A DNA stretch of 38,649 nt from an uncultured Candidatus Melainabacteria bacterium (GCA_946186335.1 CAMHMW010000001.1:1-38649), one strand, 5' to 3'; shown: positions 16,045 through 25,096, numbered from the stretch's first letter. Notes: generated from the letters alone by a model not told the origin. Program-made: numbers and translations.

Positions 16045-17454
16045 ATGCTGTCAATAGAACATACATTATACCCGATAATTGTAAAAATTAATGAATGTTT
16101 ATCAAATTATATTCTTGTATTTTTGTTGTTGGGTGTAGGTCTTTGGTACACAATAAGAACAAAATTTGTTCAGGTGAGATGCTTCGGGGAAGGGTTAAAA
16201 AACACTTTTGGCGAACTTGTACATTTTGGGAAAACTCATGAAAACGGTATGAGTTCTTTTCAGGCTTTATCAACCGCTATTGCGGCGCAGGTCGGAACGG
16301 GAAATATTGTCGGGGCATCGGGCGCAATTCTTGTTGGAGGTCCGGGGGCAATTTTCTGGATGTGGGTTATTGCATTTTTCGGGATGGCAACAATATACGC
16401 TGAAGCAACTCTTGCGTTGAAAACAAGAATTGTTGAAGAAAACGGAAATATAAAGGGCGGACCTGTCTATTATATAACAACGGCTTTTAAAGGTTTGTTC
16501 GGAAAATTCCTTGCGGGATTTTTTGCAATTGCAATAACTCTGGCTCTTGGCTGTATGGGGTGTATGGTTCAGTCAAATTCTATCGGATACAGTATGCAGG
16601 AAGCATTTAATATTCCCGGATGGTCTGTCGGAATTGCTTTGGTTTTGGTTTGTGGTGTAATTTTTATCGGCGGGGTAAAACGGCTTGCCGCAGTTACCGA
16701 AAAAATTGTACCGTTTATGGCGGTTTTATTTATAATCGGTGCAATAGCAATTTTAATTGTCAGAATAAAATATATCCCCGAAACATTTGGTATGATTTTC
16801 AAATACGCTTTTCATCCGCAGGCGATTATCGGGGGCGGGCTTTGGTATGCGATTATGACAACAATAAGTCAGGGAGCGAAAAGAGGGCTGTTTTCAAACG
16901 AAGCAGGTATGGGTTCAACCCCTCATGCCCACGCACTTGCTCATGTTGATAATCCGCATAAACAGGGGACTGTCGCAATGATGGGAGTGTTTATGGATAC
17001 ATTTGTAATCCTTACCCTTAACGCTCTTGTTATTATTTCAACCCTTTATACAACGGGCGCACCGTTAGAACACGGCTATACTGGCGCAATAACGGAAGTT
17101 CTGAATAAAACAAACCTTGTACAGACAGCATTCGGAACGGTTTTCGGGGTAAAATTCGGGGCGGTATTTGTGGCGATTTGTTTGATGTTTTTTGCGTTTT
17201 CAACCATTTTGAGCTGGAATTTGTTCGGTAAAATTAATACAATGTATTTGTTTCAAAAATTCCATCCCAAAGCCGTAACTCTTATATATTTGTGCATTTC
17301 TCTGTTTTTTATAATGACAGGAACACTCGTTTCAAGCGATTTTGTCTGGGAAGTAACAGATATGTTCAATAATTTGATGGTTATTCCGAACGCCATTGCC
17401 CTGTTTGCTCTGACGGGAATGGTTCTGTCAATATTTAAGCACAGAAAAGACTAA
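16045..17454 (+). CDS. Alanine/glycine:cation symporter (AGCS family)
   Basis: It has the GGPGAIFWMW hallmark and about 11 hydrophobic segments. The track start at 15964 is a TTG extension. The ATG at 16045 follows AAAGGA and gives a typical N-terminus. Confidence 0.8.
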   Translation: MLSIEHTLYPIIVKINECLSNYILVFLLLGVGLWYTIRTKFVQVRCFGEGLKNTFGELVHFGKTHENGMSSFQALSTAIAAQVGTGNIVGASGAILVGGPGAIFWMWVIAFFGMATIYAEATLALKTRIVEENGNIKGGPVYYITTAFKGLFGKFLAGFFAIAITLALGCMGCMVQSNSIGYSMQEAFNIPGWSVGIALVLVCGVIFIGGVKRLAAVTEKIVPFMAVLFIIGAIAILIVRIKYIPETFGMIFKYAFHPQAIIGGGLWYAIMTTISQGAKRGLFSNEAGMGSTPHAHALAHVDNPHKQGTVAMMGVFMDTFVILTLNALVIISTLYTTGAPLEHGYTGAITEVLNKTNLVQTAFGTVFGVKFGAVFVAICLMFFAFSTILSWNLFGKINTMYLFQKFHPKAVTLIYLCISLFFIMTGTLVSSDFVWEVTDMFNNLMVIPNAIALFALTGMVLSIFKHRKD

Positions 17455-17455
17455 G

Positions 17456-18283
17456 TTATTCTTTTACTCCGCCCTGTAAAATATCGTTTATAATATACTT
17501 TTTGCCGGCAAGAAATACCGCAATAACAGGAATTGTGCAGATAACCGAGCAGGCGAGCAAATCTCCCCAAAGGGTAATTTCACGAAAACTCCCTTTAAAT
17601 ATTGCAAGTCCGACAGGGAGGGTTCTCATAGATTCTGTATTTGTAACGATTAACGGCCACATAAAACTGTTCCACGTTGAAACAAACGTAAATATCGTGA
17701 GAGTTGCAACAGCAGGCAGAGCAAGCGGCAGTGCTATTTTGAAAAATGTTGTAAAAATGTTGCATCCGTCAATTTTGGCGGATTCCTCCAAATCTTTGGG
17801 CAAACTCAAAAAATATTGCCTCATCATAAAAATTCCGAAACCCCCGAATAGCCCCGGTAAAATCAATGCCTGATAAGTGTTTATCCAGTGAAACTGACGC
17901 ATAAGGAAAAATAACGGAATAATGTTAACCTGAGGAGGCACAAGCATTGTTATAAGAATCAGCAAGAACAAAGCATTTCTGAATCTGAAATTTAATCTAG
18001 CAAAAGCATAACCCGCAAGGGATGCGAAAAGAACCTGCCCCGCAGTTGTTACAACAGCCACAAAAAGACTGTTTATAAAATATTTCCACAACGGAATTTT
18101 TTCAAATACGCTGAGGTAATTGTCTGTTGTCAGCGGTGAATATAATAATTTGCCCCCGCCCTGATTAAATATTTCACCGTTAGGGACAAATGACAGATTT
18201 AACATTGCAAAAAACGGATATAACATGCTTATTGCAATTAAAATCAAAATTAAATAACAAAAAAATCTTCTCACTTTTCCCAT
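17456..18283 (-). CDS. ABC transporter permease, MalG/carbohydrate (BPD_transp_1) type
   Basis: 275 aa with 6 TM segments and an EAA loop, LEESAKIDGCNIFTTFFKIALPLALP. Confidence 0.8.
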   Translation of the reverse strand: MGKVRRFFCYLILILIAISMLYPFFAMLNLSFVPNGEIFNQGGGKLLYSPLTTDNYLSVFEKIPLWKYFINSLFVAVVTTAGQVLFASLAGYAFARLNFRFRNALFLLILITMLVPPQVNIIPLFFLMRQFHWINTYQALILPGLFGGFGIFMMRQYFLSLPKDLEESAKIDGCNIFTTFFKIALPLALPAVATLTIFTFVSTWNSFMWPLIVTNTESMRTLPVGLAIFKGSFREITLWGDLLACSVICTIPVIAVFLAGKKYIINDILQGGVKE

Positions 18284-18336
18284 AAAAAAATTATAACATA
18301 CTATAAAATATTAGGTGTTTATTTAAAATTTTTCCA

Positions 18337-18345
18337 TGCTACAAT
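18337..18345 (+). promoter_or_regulatory. Candidate extended -10 element, TGcTACAAT
   Basis: TGCTACAAT at 18337-18345, about 36 nt upstream of the ATG at 18382. The -35 is weak. Confidence 0.3.
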
Positions 18346-18381
18346 AAATGTCATAAGAGAGATTTAAACAGGAGAGCTTAT

Positions 18382-20115
18382 ATGGAGACATTTGAATTTA
18401 ATTTGTCCATGGATGAACTTGAAAAAAGAACCCATAAGGATTATCTGATTACAAAGAAATTTTTAAAAGCGAATGCACCGGAATATCTGGCTCTGGCAGA
18501 GGGTGACAAAAAAGCCCTTAAACATCTTGTAAAAGCGGCAGCAATTCTTGAAAAAATTAATATGCAGATAGACTGTAAGCACAATCTTGCGGTAAAAGAA
18601 TTTTTGGAAAGTGAAGTTAAAAAAGGTAATAAGCAGGCAAAATTAACAAAGATTTTGTTTGATGCGCAAAAGGGCGTAAATGCAATAGATACAATGTCAA
18701 ACCATATACACCTGATTAAAGGAATTGATGAAAAACCGGGAAAAGGTGTATATCCGGAAGATTTGTCAAAAGAGGAATTTCATTCCGTTCTTCTGAGAAT
18801 GCTAAAAGACGGTAAAATTGATGAGGTAAAAGAAATTTTAACCGCCCGTTCTATGGTTGTTCGTGCTGCGGAAGATTTGGCAGGGATTGATTATATAGAT
18901 TATTTTGCCGAAGATTTTGCCAAAATGGCTGATGAGGTTGAAAAAGCGGCAGAAGTTTCCACAAACAAAGATTTTAACGAATATCTGTTATTGCAGGCAA
19001 AAGCACTAAGAACGGCAGATCCTATGCTTGATGCTTATGCCGATAAAAAATGGGCAACATTGCAGGATACTCCGCTGGAGTTTACAATTACCCGTGAAAA
19101 CTATGAAGACGAAATGACGGGTACAATTGTTGAAAATGAAGAATTGTCTGCACTTTTGGAAAAACACGGTATATCGCCCATTCCGAAAGATTTTCTCGGC
19201 GGCAGAGTCGGTATTGTTAATAAAAAAGGAACAGAAACCCTTTTAGCGATAAAAAAATATCTTCCGACACTTGCGGACAATATGCCTTTTGCGGATGAAT
19301 ATGAACAGACGATTTCATCAGAAGCAGATGCCGGTCAGACAATGGTTGATGTTGATATGGTGATGGCTTCGGGTGATGTCGGGGAATACCGAGGGGGAAT
19401 TACCCTTGCCGAAAATCTGCCCAATAACGATAAACTTTCTCTGACTATCGGCGGCGGAAGAAGAAATGTTTACCACAGACAAATACGTTTTGTAAGCGAT
19501 GAAAAGAAATTGCAGGAAAGATTGGATGCCATTTTAGATAAAGAACAGCACAAATATTATAACAACGAAGCCGATCACTGGTTTACCATCGGGCATGAGA
19601 ACGCTCATTCTCTAGGTCCAAACGGTGGCAGCGAAAAACTCGGCAGATTACGTAATATTATTGAAGAAAACAAGGCGGATATGGGTGCTTTGGCTTTTGT
19701 TGATTTGTTGACCCGTCTGGGAATGTATACCGAAGAACAAAGGTTACAGATAATTGTCACAACAATTGCAGACAACTTTCTGAAAACAAAACCGACTATG
19801 TCTCAGGCTCACAGAGTGAGAACCGTTATGCAGAATAAATATTTTGCGGACAGGGGCGGTTATGAGATTACAAAGGACGGTAAAATTCACGTAAATATTG
19901 AAAAAGTTGTACCGATAGCAAAAGAAATGTTATCCGAAATTATCAGAATACAGATTGATGGCGATTTTAACAAAGCAGAAAAATATGTCAGTGATAATTT
20001 TGTATGGACTGATAATATGGAACTTATCGGACAAAAAATCCAAAAAGTAAGCAAGGCTCTGAACGGAACTCTGGAAACAGAACTTGCAGACAAATTATTG
20101 GCAGGAGAAATATAA
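18382..20115 (+). CDS. Zinc metallopeptidase, DPP III (M49)-like, pentapeptide HEXXH subtype
   Basis: HENAH at 19594-19608 is followed 18 residues later by EENKAD (19663-19680). This resembles the M49 paired motifs HEXX(G)H / EEX[KR]A[ED]. SD AGGAGAG is upstream. Confidence 0.55.
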   Translation: METFEFNLSMDELEKRTHKDYLITKKFLKANAPEYLALAEGDKKALKHLVKAAAILEKINMQIDCKHNLAVKEFLESEVKKGNKQAKLTKILFDAQKGVNAIDTMSNHIHLIKGIDEKPGKGVYPEDLSKEEFHSVLLRMLKDGKIDEVKEILTARSMVVRAAEDLAGIDYIDYFAEDFAKMADEVEKAAEVSTNKDFNEYLLLQAKALRTADPMLDAYADKKWATLQDTPLEFTITRENYEDEMTGTIVENEELSALLEKHGISPIPKDFLGGRVGIVNKKGTETLLAIKKYLPTLADNMPFADEYEQTISSEADAGQTMVDVDMVMASGDVGEYRGGITLAENLPNNDKLSLTIGGGRRNVYHRQIRFVSDEKKLQERLDAILDKEQHKYYNNEADHWFTIGHENAHSLGPNGGSEKLGRLRNIIEENKADMGALAFVDLLTRLGMYTEEQRLQIIVTTIADNFLKTKPTMSQAHRVRTVMQNKYFADRGGYEITKDGKIHVNIEKVVPIAKEMLSEIIRIQIDGDFNKAEKYVSDNFVWTDNMELIGQKIQKVSKALNGTLETELADKLLAGEI

Positions 20116-20144
20116 CTATTCTAATCTTAATTTAGATAGTTTGG

Positions 20145-20182
20145 GTTGAAAGTTGCTTTCCGTAAACTTTCAACTTTTTATT
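20145..20182 (+). terminator. Rho-independent terminator
   Basis: GTTGAAAGTT (20145-20154) pairs with AACTTTCAAC (20165-20174), a 10-bp perfect stem followed by TTTTTATT. Confidence 0.7.
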
Positions 20183-20271
20183 GCCTTTTGTAATGTAAAT
20201 AGGCAAATTTTTTATTTAAGATGTTTTTATTATATTACGTGTCGTGTGTATTATTGAAAGGCAGGTAAACA

Positions 20272-20565
20272 GTGGTAAATTCAGTAAATGTTCAGAATGC
20301 GGGATTCTATCCCGGTTGTACTCCCGTTATGATTGAAAATCATTCAAACCCCGAAGCGGAAACTTTCAGAGAAAAAGTTCTTGATGAAATTAAGACAAAG
20401 CAGGCTTATGTAAAAGTGGAATTTTTACAAAATACTCTTGAAAAATATAAAAATGAACTGACAAAGCCTCAGCAAAATGTATTAAATGCCGAACTGGACA
20501 ATGCACAAAGAGAACTTGCTCTGTTAAGACAGCAGTTAAATGCGAAATACGGTGTTGTAAATTAA
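20272..20565 (+). CDS. Hypothetical coiled-coil protein (97 aa, GTG start)
   Basis: It is the only long ORF in this gap. The C-terminal two-thirds are heptad-like (LEKYKNELTKPQQNVLNAELDNAQRELALLRQQL). The SD is weak and the start is uncertain. Confidence 0.5.
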   Translation: MVNSVNVQNAGFYPGCTPVMIENHSNPEAETFREKVLDEIKTKQAYVKVEFLQNTLEKYKNELTKPQQNVLNAELDNAQRELALLRQQLNAKYGVVN

Positions 20566-20607
20566 TATGTAAGTTGGGTTTTCAGCCCAACATGTAAATA
20601 ATTTGTC

Positions 20608-21402
20608 TCAGGCACCCTGTTTTGCGCATTCTTCTTTTTGATAAGCCCATGCCGAATGGTTATGTATGCTTTCGTAGGCTTCGCATTCTATTTCGAATTC
20701 ATTAACCAGCGGGTGATTTCTGAGTTTTACAACCACGTCACGCAAAACATCTTCAACAAATTTCGGATTTTCGTATGCACGTTCGGTTACATATTTTTCG
20801 TCCTGTCGTTTTAAAAGCGAATACAGTGAGCATGATGAACAACTTTCAACAAGTTCTATCAAATCCTCAAGCCATATTTGTTCAGCTTCATCATACGAAA
20901 CCTTAACGGAAATCAATGCTCTTTGGTTGTGTGCACCGTATTGTGCGATTTCTTTTGAACATGGACAAAGGGTTGTCACCGGAACCTTTACGCCAAGAAT
21001 AAATTTATAGTCGTGGTGGCTGATTTTGCCCTCAAAGGAGCAATCATAACTCATCGGGGCTGCCATTTTTGTTACCGGAGATTTTTTGTCGATGTAGTAT
21101 TTGAACTTGAATTTCAATTCTCCGCTTTTTGCGTTGAGTTTTTTTATAATTTTTTCAAGACAACCTTTGATGTCTGAACCTAAAAGGTTTTTTGAACTCC
21201 ATTCATTCAAAACTTCAACAAATCGGCTCATGTGAGTTCCCTTGTAGTTTCTGGGAAGCGAAACACAAACTCTTGCCTGAGCGGAAACCACCTGATCGGA
21301 GTTGTTTTTACGTTGTATAATAAGCGGAATATCAAAATTATTTATTCCGACCTTTTGAATATCTACATTTCTGTTATCCTGAGTGTTTTGTATATCTTTC
21401 AT
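20608..21402 (-). CDS. folE2: GTP cyclohydrolase I type 2 (FolE2/MptA family)
   Basis: The blocks GTHMSRF, LCPCSKEI and GAHNQR are typical of FolE2. The N-terminus MKDIQNTQDNRNVDIQKVG fits the family. The ATG lies inside the 3' end of mazG. Confidence 0.8.
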   Translation of the reverse strand: MKDIQNTQDNRNVDIQKVGINNFDIPLIIQRKNNSDQVVSAQARVCVSLPRNYKGTHMSRFVEVLNEWSSKNLLGSDIKGCLEKIIKKLNAKSGELKFKFKYYIDKKSPVTKMAAPMSYDCSFEGKISHHDYKFILGVKVPVTTLCPCSKEIAQYGAHNQRALISVKVSYDEAEQIWLEDLIELVESCSSCSLYSLLKRQDEKYVTERAYENPKFVEDVLRDVVVKLRNHPLVNEFEIECEAYESIHNHSAWAYQKEECAKQGA

Positions 21403-22174
21403 ATTCTTCCTTTATGGCAAGTTTTGCCTGTTTCCAGAGTTTGTCGTATTCCTCAAATGAGTATTCCGTCAGTGGTTTTGTTGCAAGTTCTTCCATTTTG
21501 CGAAATCTTTTTTCAAATTTTTTGTTTGCCTTTAAAAGTGCCTGTTCGGCATCAATTTTATTCCAGCGGGCAAGATTAACGGTTGCAAAAAGGATGTCTC
21601 CGAATTCATCCTCCATGTGGGTTTTGTCACCCTCATTTTTTGCCTGTTTAAATTCGTCAAATTCAGACATTATGCACTCATAAAGCGTATCTTCGCAGTC
21701 CCATTCAAAGCCTTGTTTGACCGCCCTTTTGGAAATTTTCTGTGCGGCAATTAGTGCGGCTTGTGAGCGGGAAAGTCCGTCCATAGCGGAAACTCTGTCG
21801 GTTTTTTCTTCGGCTTTTAATTTATCCCATTCTTTTTTAACATCGTCTGCCGTGTTTATTTTTGCAGTTCCGAAAACATGCGGATGGCGGTGAATGAGTT
21901 TTTCTTTTAATTCTTTCGCAACATCTTCAATATCAAAAGCGTTTTCTTCTTTTGCAATTTGCGAATGTAAAAGTACCTGCAAAAGTACGTCCCCCAGTTC
22001 TTCCCTGAGGTGTTTCATATCTTTATCATCAATAGCATCAACCGCTTCATAGGCTTCTTCGAGCATATTCGGTCTGAGTGTTTCGTGGGTCTGTTCTCTG
22101 TCCCAGGGACAACCGTCCGGAGCACGAAGTTTTGCTACCACTTCTATCAGTTCTTCCAGTTCTTTATATTTCAT
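21374..22174 (-). CDS. mazG: Nucleoside triphosphate pyrophosphohydrolase MazG (tandem-domain type)
   Basis: LRAPDGCPWDREQTHETLRPNMLEEAYEAVDAI, EELGDVLLQV and a second EFGDILFATVNLAR repeat. Confidence 0.85.
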   Translation of the reverse strand: MKYKELEELIEVVAKLRAPDGCPWDREQTHETLRPNMLEEAYEAVDAIDDKDMKHLREELGDVLLQVLLHSQIAKEENAFDIEDVAKELKEKLIHRHPHVFGTAKINTADDVKKEWDKLKAEEKTDRVSAMDGLSRSQAALIAAQKISKRAVKQGFEWDCEDTLYECIMSEFDEFKQAKNEGDKTHMEDEFGDILFATVNLARWNKIDAEQALLKANKKFEKRFRKMEELATKPLTEYSFEEYDKLWKQAKLAIKEEYERYTKHSG

Positions 22175-22278
22175 ATTTCTATTTTATCACAAATCATACA
22201 AAAGGTTGATTTATTATCAATACAGTATGATAGACTTAATGTGTGAATATTTATGAATAAGCAGAGAGGTTTAATTAT

Positions 22279-22812
22279 ATGTCAACGATTGAAAAAATTA
22301 CCCAGTTAAGCCACCGTATTTTTAATACGAGCGTAACAGAACAGAATGTTGCAAGAACATCAAATCCGTTTGCAGCATCAAATTTTCAGAAAAACATCTT
22401 AACGGAAGATGTTTTTGAATCAAGCAAGGGCAACCATGATGCAGGTAATATATCATTTACCGGCAGACTTAGTGCAGGCTCAAAGAGAATTTATTCAACA
22501 TTTGTAGGTTCGTTGGGTAACATCGGAAACAGAATATCAGAAGGTATCGAATCAGTTGTTGCATTTTGCGGCAAAGTAAGAGACAGCTTTGTTAATACAT
22601 GGAATAAAATTCAGGAACTCGGTAATAAAGAAGTAACATTAGACGGTACAATGGAAGTTTTGGGAAGAGATATTAAAACCTTCTTCCATGGCGGAAACAC
22701 AAGAGAAAAAGAAATTGCAAAAATGGCTGCTATGGATCCCCGTGGTGAAGTTGCACCGATGTTAACAGATGGTATCGCTGCTTTGGAAGCAGAATTTACA
22801 AAGGCAGCATAA
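22279..22812 (+). CDS. Hypothetical protein (177 aa)
   Basis: A strong SD (AGAGAGG) lies 8 nt upstream. No TM segment or recognisable motif. The gene is 15 nt from the next one. Confidence 0.65.
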   Translation: MSTIEKITQLSHRIFNTSVTEQNVARTSNPFAASNFQKNILTEDVFESSKGNHDAGNISFTGRLSAGSKRIYSTFVGSLGNIGNRISEGIESVVAFCGKVRDSFVNTWNKIQELGNKEVTLDGTMEVLGRDIKTFFHGGNTREKEIAKMAAMDPRGEVAPMLTDGIAALEAEFTKAA

Positions 22813-22827
22813 GGGAGGATTAAATAA

Positions 22828-23217
22828 ATGATGGATAGAACAACAATTAAGAACAGTAAGAATTTTACAAGAGTTGCTGATATTATTGAATCATTAACGA
22901 TTAATCCTAACCCTGATTCTGTTGGTGTTTTGGAGGAAATCGGCACAAATTCTTCAATTGATGAAGTAAGAGAATTAACATCAAAAGCACTTGTAAAAAG
23001 AAACGAACACGATTCATTATCGGTTGTAATAACAAATAAAGGTAAAGGTATTAATGATTTATCAACAGTTGTTGCAATGAGTACAATCAATGAACTCCTT
23101 TCACTTGAAAACAAAGAAGTTGCAATGGGAATTTTGGAAAATACAATTTCAGGTGAATTTGAAGAAGAAGTAAAAGAAAACGCACGTTCGGTAAAAGCCT
23201 TAATGGCATTGAGTTAA
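22828..23217 (+). CDS. Hypothetical protein (129 aa), possibly HEAT-like helical repeats
   Basis: A strong SD (AAGGGAGGA) is upstream. SIDEVRELTSKALVKR and EEVKENARSVKALMAL resemble HEAT/PBS-lyase-type repeats, but weakly. Confidence 0.6.
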   Translation: MMDRTTIKNSKNFTRVADIIESLTINPNPDSVGVLEEIGTNSSIDEVRELTSKALVKRNEHDSLSVVITNKGKGINDLSTVVAMSTINELLSLENKEVAMGILENTISGEFEEEVKENARSVKALMALS

Positions 23218-23245
23218 GTTTGGGTATTTGAGTATTATGATATAT

Positions 23246-23275
23246 AAAAAAAGACTGCTGATGCAGTCTTTTTTC
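23246..23275. terminator. Bidirectional rho-independent terminator
   Basis: AAAAAAAGACTGC-tgat-GCAGTCTTTTTT is a perfect 8-bp GC-containing stem flanked by an A-run and a T-run, between convergent genes. Confidence 0.8.
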
Positions 23276-23315
23276 TTATGAAAAATGAAAATAAAATTTA
23301 TCAATATTATTGCGA

Positions 23316-23672
23316 TTAAGCCTTTAATAAACTGTCAAATGTGAAAACCAAATCAACAACAGAGAGCCATCTTTTGTGCGGATATTTTTTCAGCAGGACA
23401 AAGACAACAAGTCCTAAAATTCCTTTAAGAAGTGAGATATATAAATCACGTTTCTTTTTATCAAGGAACTGATTAATCGTACCGACACCTTTTGCGGCAG
23501 CCTCAACGCTTTTGCTTAAACCTTCAAGATTTTTGCAAATCTGCGGTTTTAATTCGCTAACCTGAGAATTTATCTCACAAACAGTTCCGTCAGCCTGTTT
23601 TATCACAGAGATAACCTTGCCTGCCACAATTAATTCCGCTATAAATACTATTGTAAAAAATAAAGTCAGCAT
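23316..23672 (-). CDS. Hypothetical membrane protein (118 aa): N-terminal TM, helical linker, C-terminal TM
   Basis: TM1 is LFFTIVFIAELIVAGKVI and TM2 is ILGLVVFVLL. SD spacing is poor, so the start is uncertain. Confidence 0.5.
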   Translation of the reverse strand: MLTLFFTIVFIAELIVAGKVISVIKQADGTVCEINSQVSELKPQICKNLEGLSKSVEAAAKGVGTINQFLDKKKRDLYISLLKGILGLVVFVLLKKYPHKRWLSVVDLVFTFDSLLKA

Positions 23673-23752
23673 CTTTTATGTTTTCTTCCTATGTGTTATA
23701 TTAAATAGTATAGTATCATAAAAATTTTTTGAATAGGTCGAAAGTACTATTT

Positions 23753-25096
23753 ATGAAAAAATTAAGGTTTTATACGGCTTTGATAGCCGCACGCTTTATA
23801 TATCTTGCAATAAAATTGCTTAATAAATCTTCGGGAACTTCATTTGTGGGGATGAGTGTTCTTAAAATTTGTCCGGATTTTCTGACCTTTTGCAGAAAAT
23901 ATGTAAAATCAGGGCATGCCGTAAATGTGACGGGAACTAACGGAAAAACGACAACAGCAGGACTTTTGGCACACATTCTTGAAAAAGAGGGAAATATTTT
24001 GCACAACGTCAAAGGGGCAAATATGCTCACAGGTATTGCAAATGCTTTCGCTCTTAAAATAACTCCGTTTAAGAAATTTGAATATGCGGTTTTGGAGTCT
24101 GACGAGGCATATTTAACCAAACTTTATGACTATTTTAAGGCGGATAATCTTGTTGTTACAAATCTTTTCAGGGATCAACTGGACAGATACGGTGAACTCG
24201 CAACCACCGCCGGATTTATCCAAAATGCAATTGACAAAAACGAAAACTTATCACTGCTTTTGAATGCCGATGACCCGCTTGTTACAACATTTGGAAAAAA
24301 CAGGGGAAATGTAAAATATTTTGGTTTTGAAGAAGTTGAATTCTTTTCGGATAAGCAGGCATCCTCAAATGCCCCGACAGAGGTCTTTAATTGTACATGC
24401 AACCATCCGTTGCAATATGACAGGCAATTTTTTGCACAGGAGGGGCATTATCATTGTAAAAACTGCGGATATAAACGACCCGAACCTGATTATAAGGGTT
24501 ATGCAAAAATTTATTCCGATTATACAGAATTAAAAATATTTGAGGCTGAAAGCGGTAATACGTACGAATTTAAGGTAAATCTTGTCGGATTATATAATGC
24601 TTATAATGCCTTGGGTGCAATTTCGCAAGCCTTGAAGTTTGGAATAAAATACGATACAATAAAAGAAACAGTACTTTCATACAAATCAATATTTGGAAGA
24701 GCGGAAAGACGAGTTATTAAGGGTCATCCGACACTTATTCAGCTTATTAAAAATCCGACGGGTGCAAGCGAAGTTCTGAAAACCGTTGACCTCAGTTCAA
24801 ATATCCTTATAGCAATTAATGATAATTACGCTGACGGACGGGATATTTCGTGGCTTTGGGATAGTGATTTCGAACAACTGAGGGATGCACGAAAACTTGT
24901 TATAACGACGGGTATAAGAGCAAAGGACATGGCTTTAAGGCTGAAATACGCAGGTATTCCGCAAGAAAAGATTATTGTTGAAGAGGATATAAGACGGGCA
25001 ATAGAACTTGCTTCAAATGATGAGAATACGGAACAAAAAATAACAATTTTGCCGTCATATACAGCTCTTTTGGAAATAACAAAAATGAAATTTTAA
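23753..25096 (+). CDS. murT: Mur-ligase-family protein MurT (lipid II isoglutaminyl synthase ligase subunit) with a C-terminal DUF1727-type domain
   Basis: P-loop VTGTNGKTTT. Cys-ribbon insert CTCNHP...CKNCG. C-terminal signature NDNYADGRDISWLWDSDFE. The track start at 23729 is a TTG, and the ATG at 23753 is more likely. Confidence 0.75.
   Translation: MKKLRFYTALIAARFIYLAIKLLNKSSGTSFVGMSVLKICPDFLTFCRKYVKSGHAVNVTGTNGKTTTAGLLAHILEKEGNILHNVKGANMLTGIANAFALKITPFKKFEYAVLESDEAYLTKLYDYFKADNLVVTNLFRDQLDRYGELATTAGFIQNAIDKNENLSLLLNADDPLVTTFGKNRGNVKYFGFEEVEFFSDKQASSNAPTEVFNCTCNHPLQYDRQFFAQEGHYHCKNCGYKRPEPDYKGYAKIYSDYTELKIFEAESGNTYEFKVNLVGLYNAYNALGAISQALKFGIKYDTIKETVLSYKSIFGRAERRVIKGHPTLIQLIKNPTGASEVLKTVDLSSNILIAINDNYADGRDISWLWDSDFEQLRDARKLVITTGIRAKDMALRLKYAGIPQEKIIVEEDIRRAIELASNDENTEQKITILPSYTALLEITKMKF

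Noticed and set aside
16569-16949. Alternative-frame and antisense ORFs within the symporter gene (16620-16949 +, 16569-16802 -)
   Set aside because: They are embedded in a gene with the AGCS hallmark GGPGAIFWMW. The Cys/Arg-rich or Ile-rich translations look non-biological.
20573-20591. GTTGGG-ttttcag-CCCAAC hairpin between convergent genes, considered as a terminator
   Set aside because: The stem is only 6 bp and there is no flanking T-run on either strand. It is too weak to call.
21232-21683. Plus-strand ORFs 21232-21579 and 21414-21683
   Set aside because: They are antisense to folE2 and mazG, whose products carry canonical family motifs.
21374-22174. mazG as part of a mazEF-type toxin-antitoxin locus
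   Set aside because: No mazE or mazF-like small genes flank it. The neighbour is folE2, and this is the housekeeping tandem-domain MazG.
22611-23114. 167-aa minus-strand ORF spanning the junction of the two hypothetical plus-strand genes
   Set aside because: It has no SD. The plus-strand ORFs have strong SDs and a terminator, and the translation is low-complexity (Ser/Ile/Leu/Phe). It looks like a shadow ORF.
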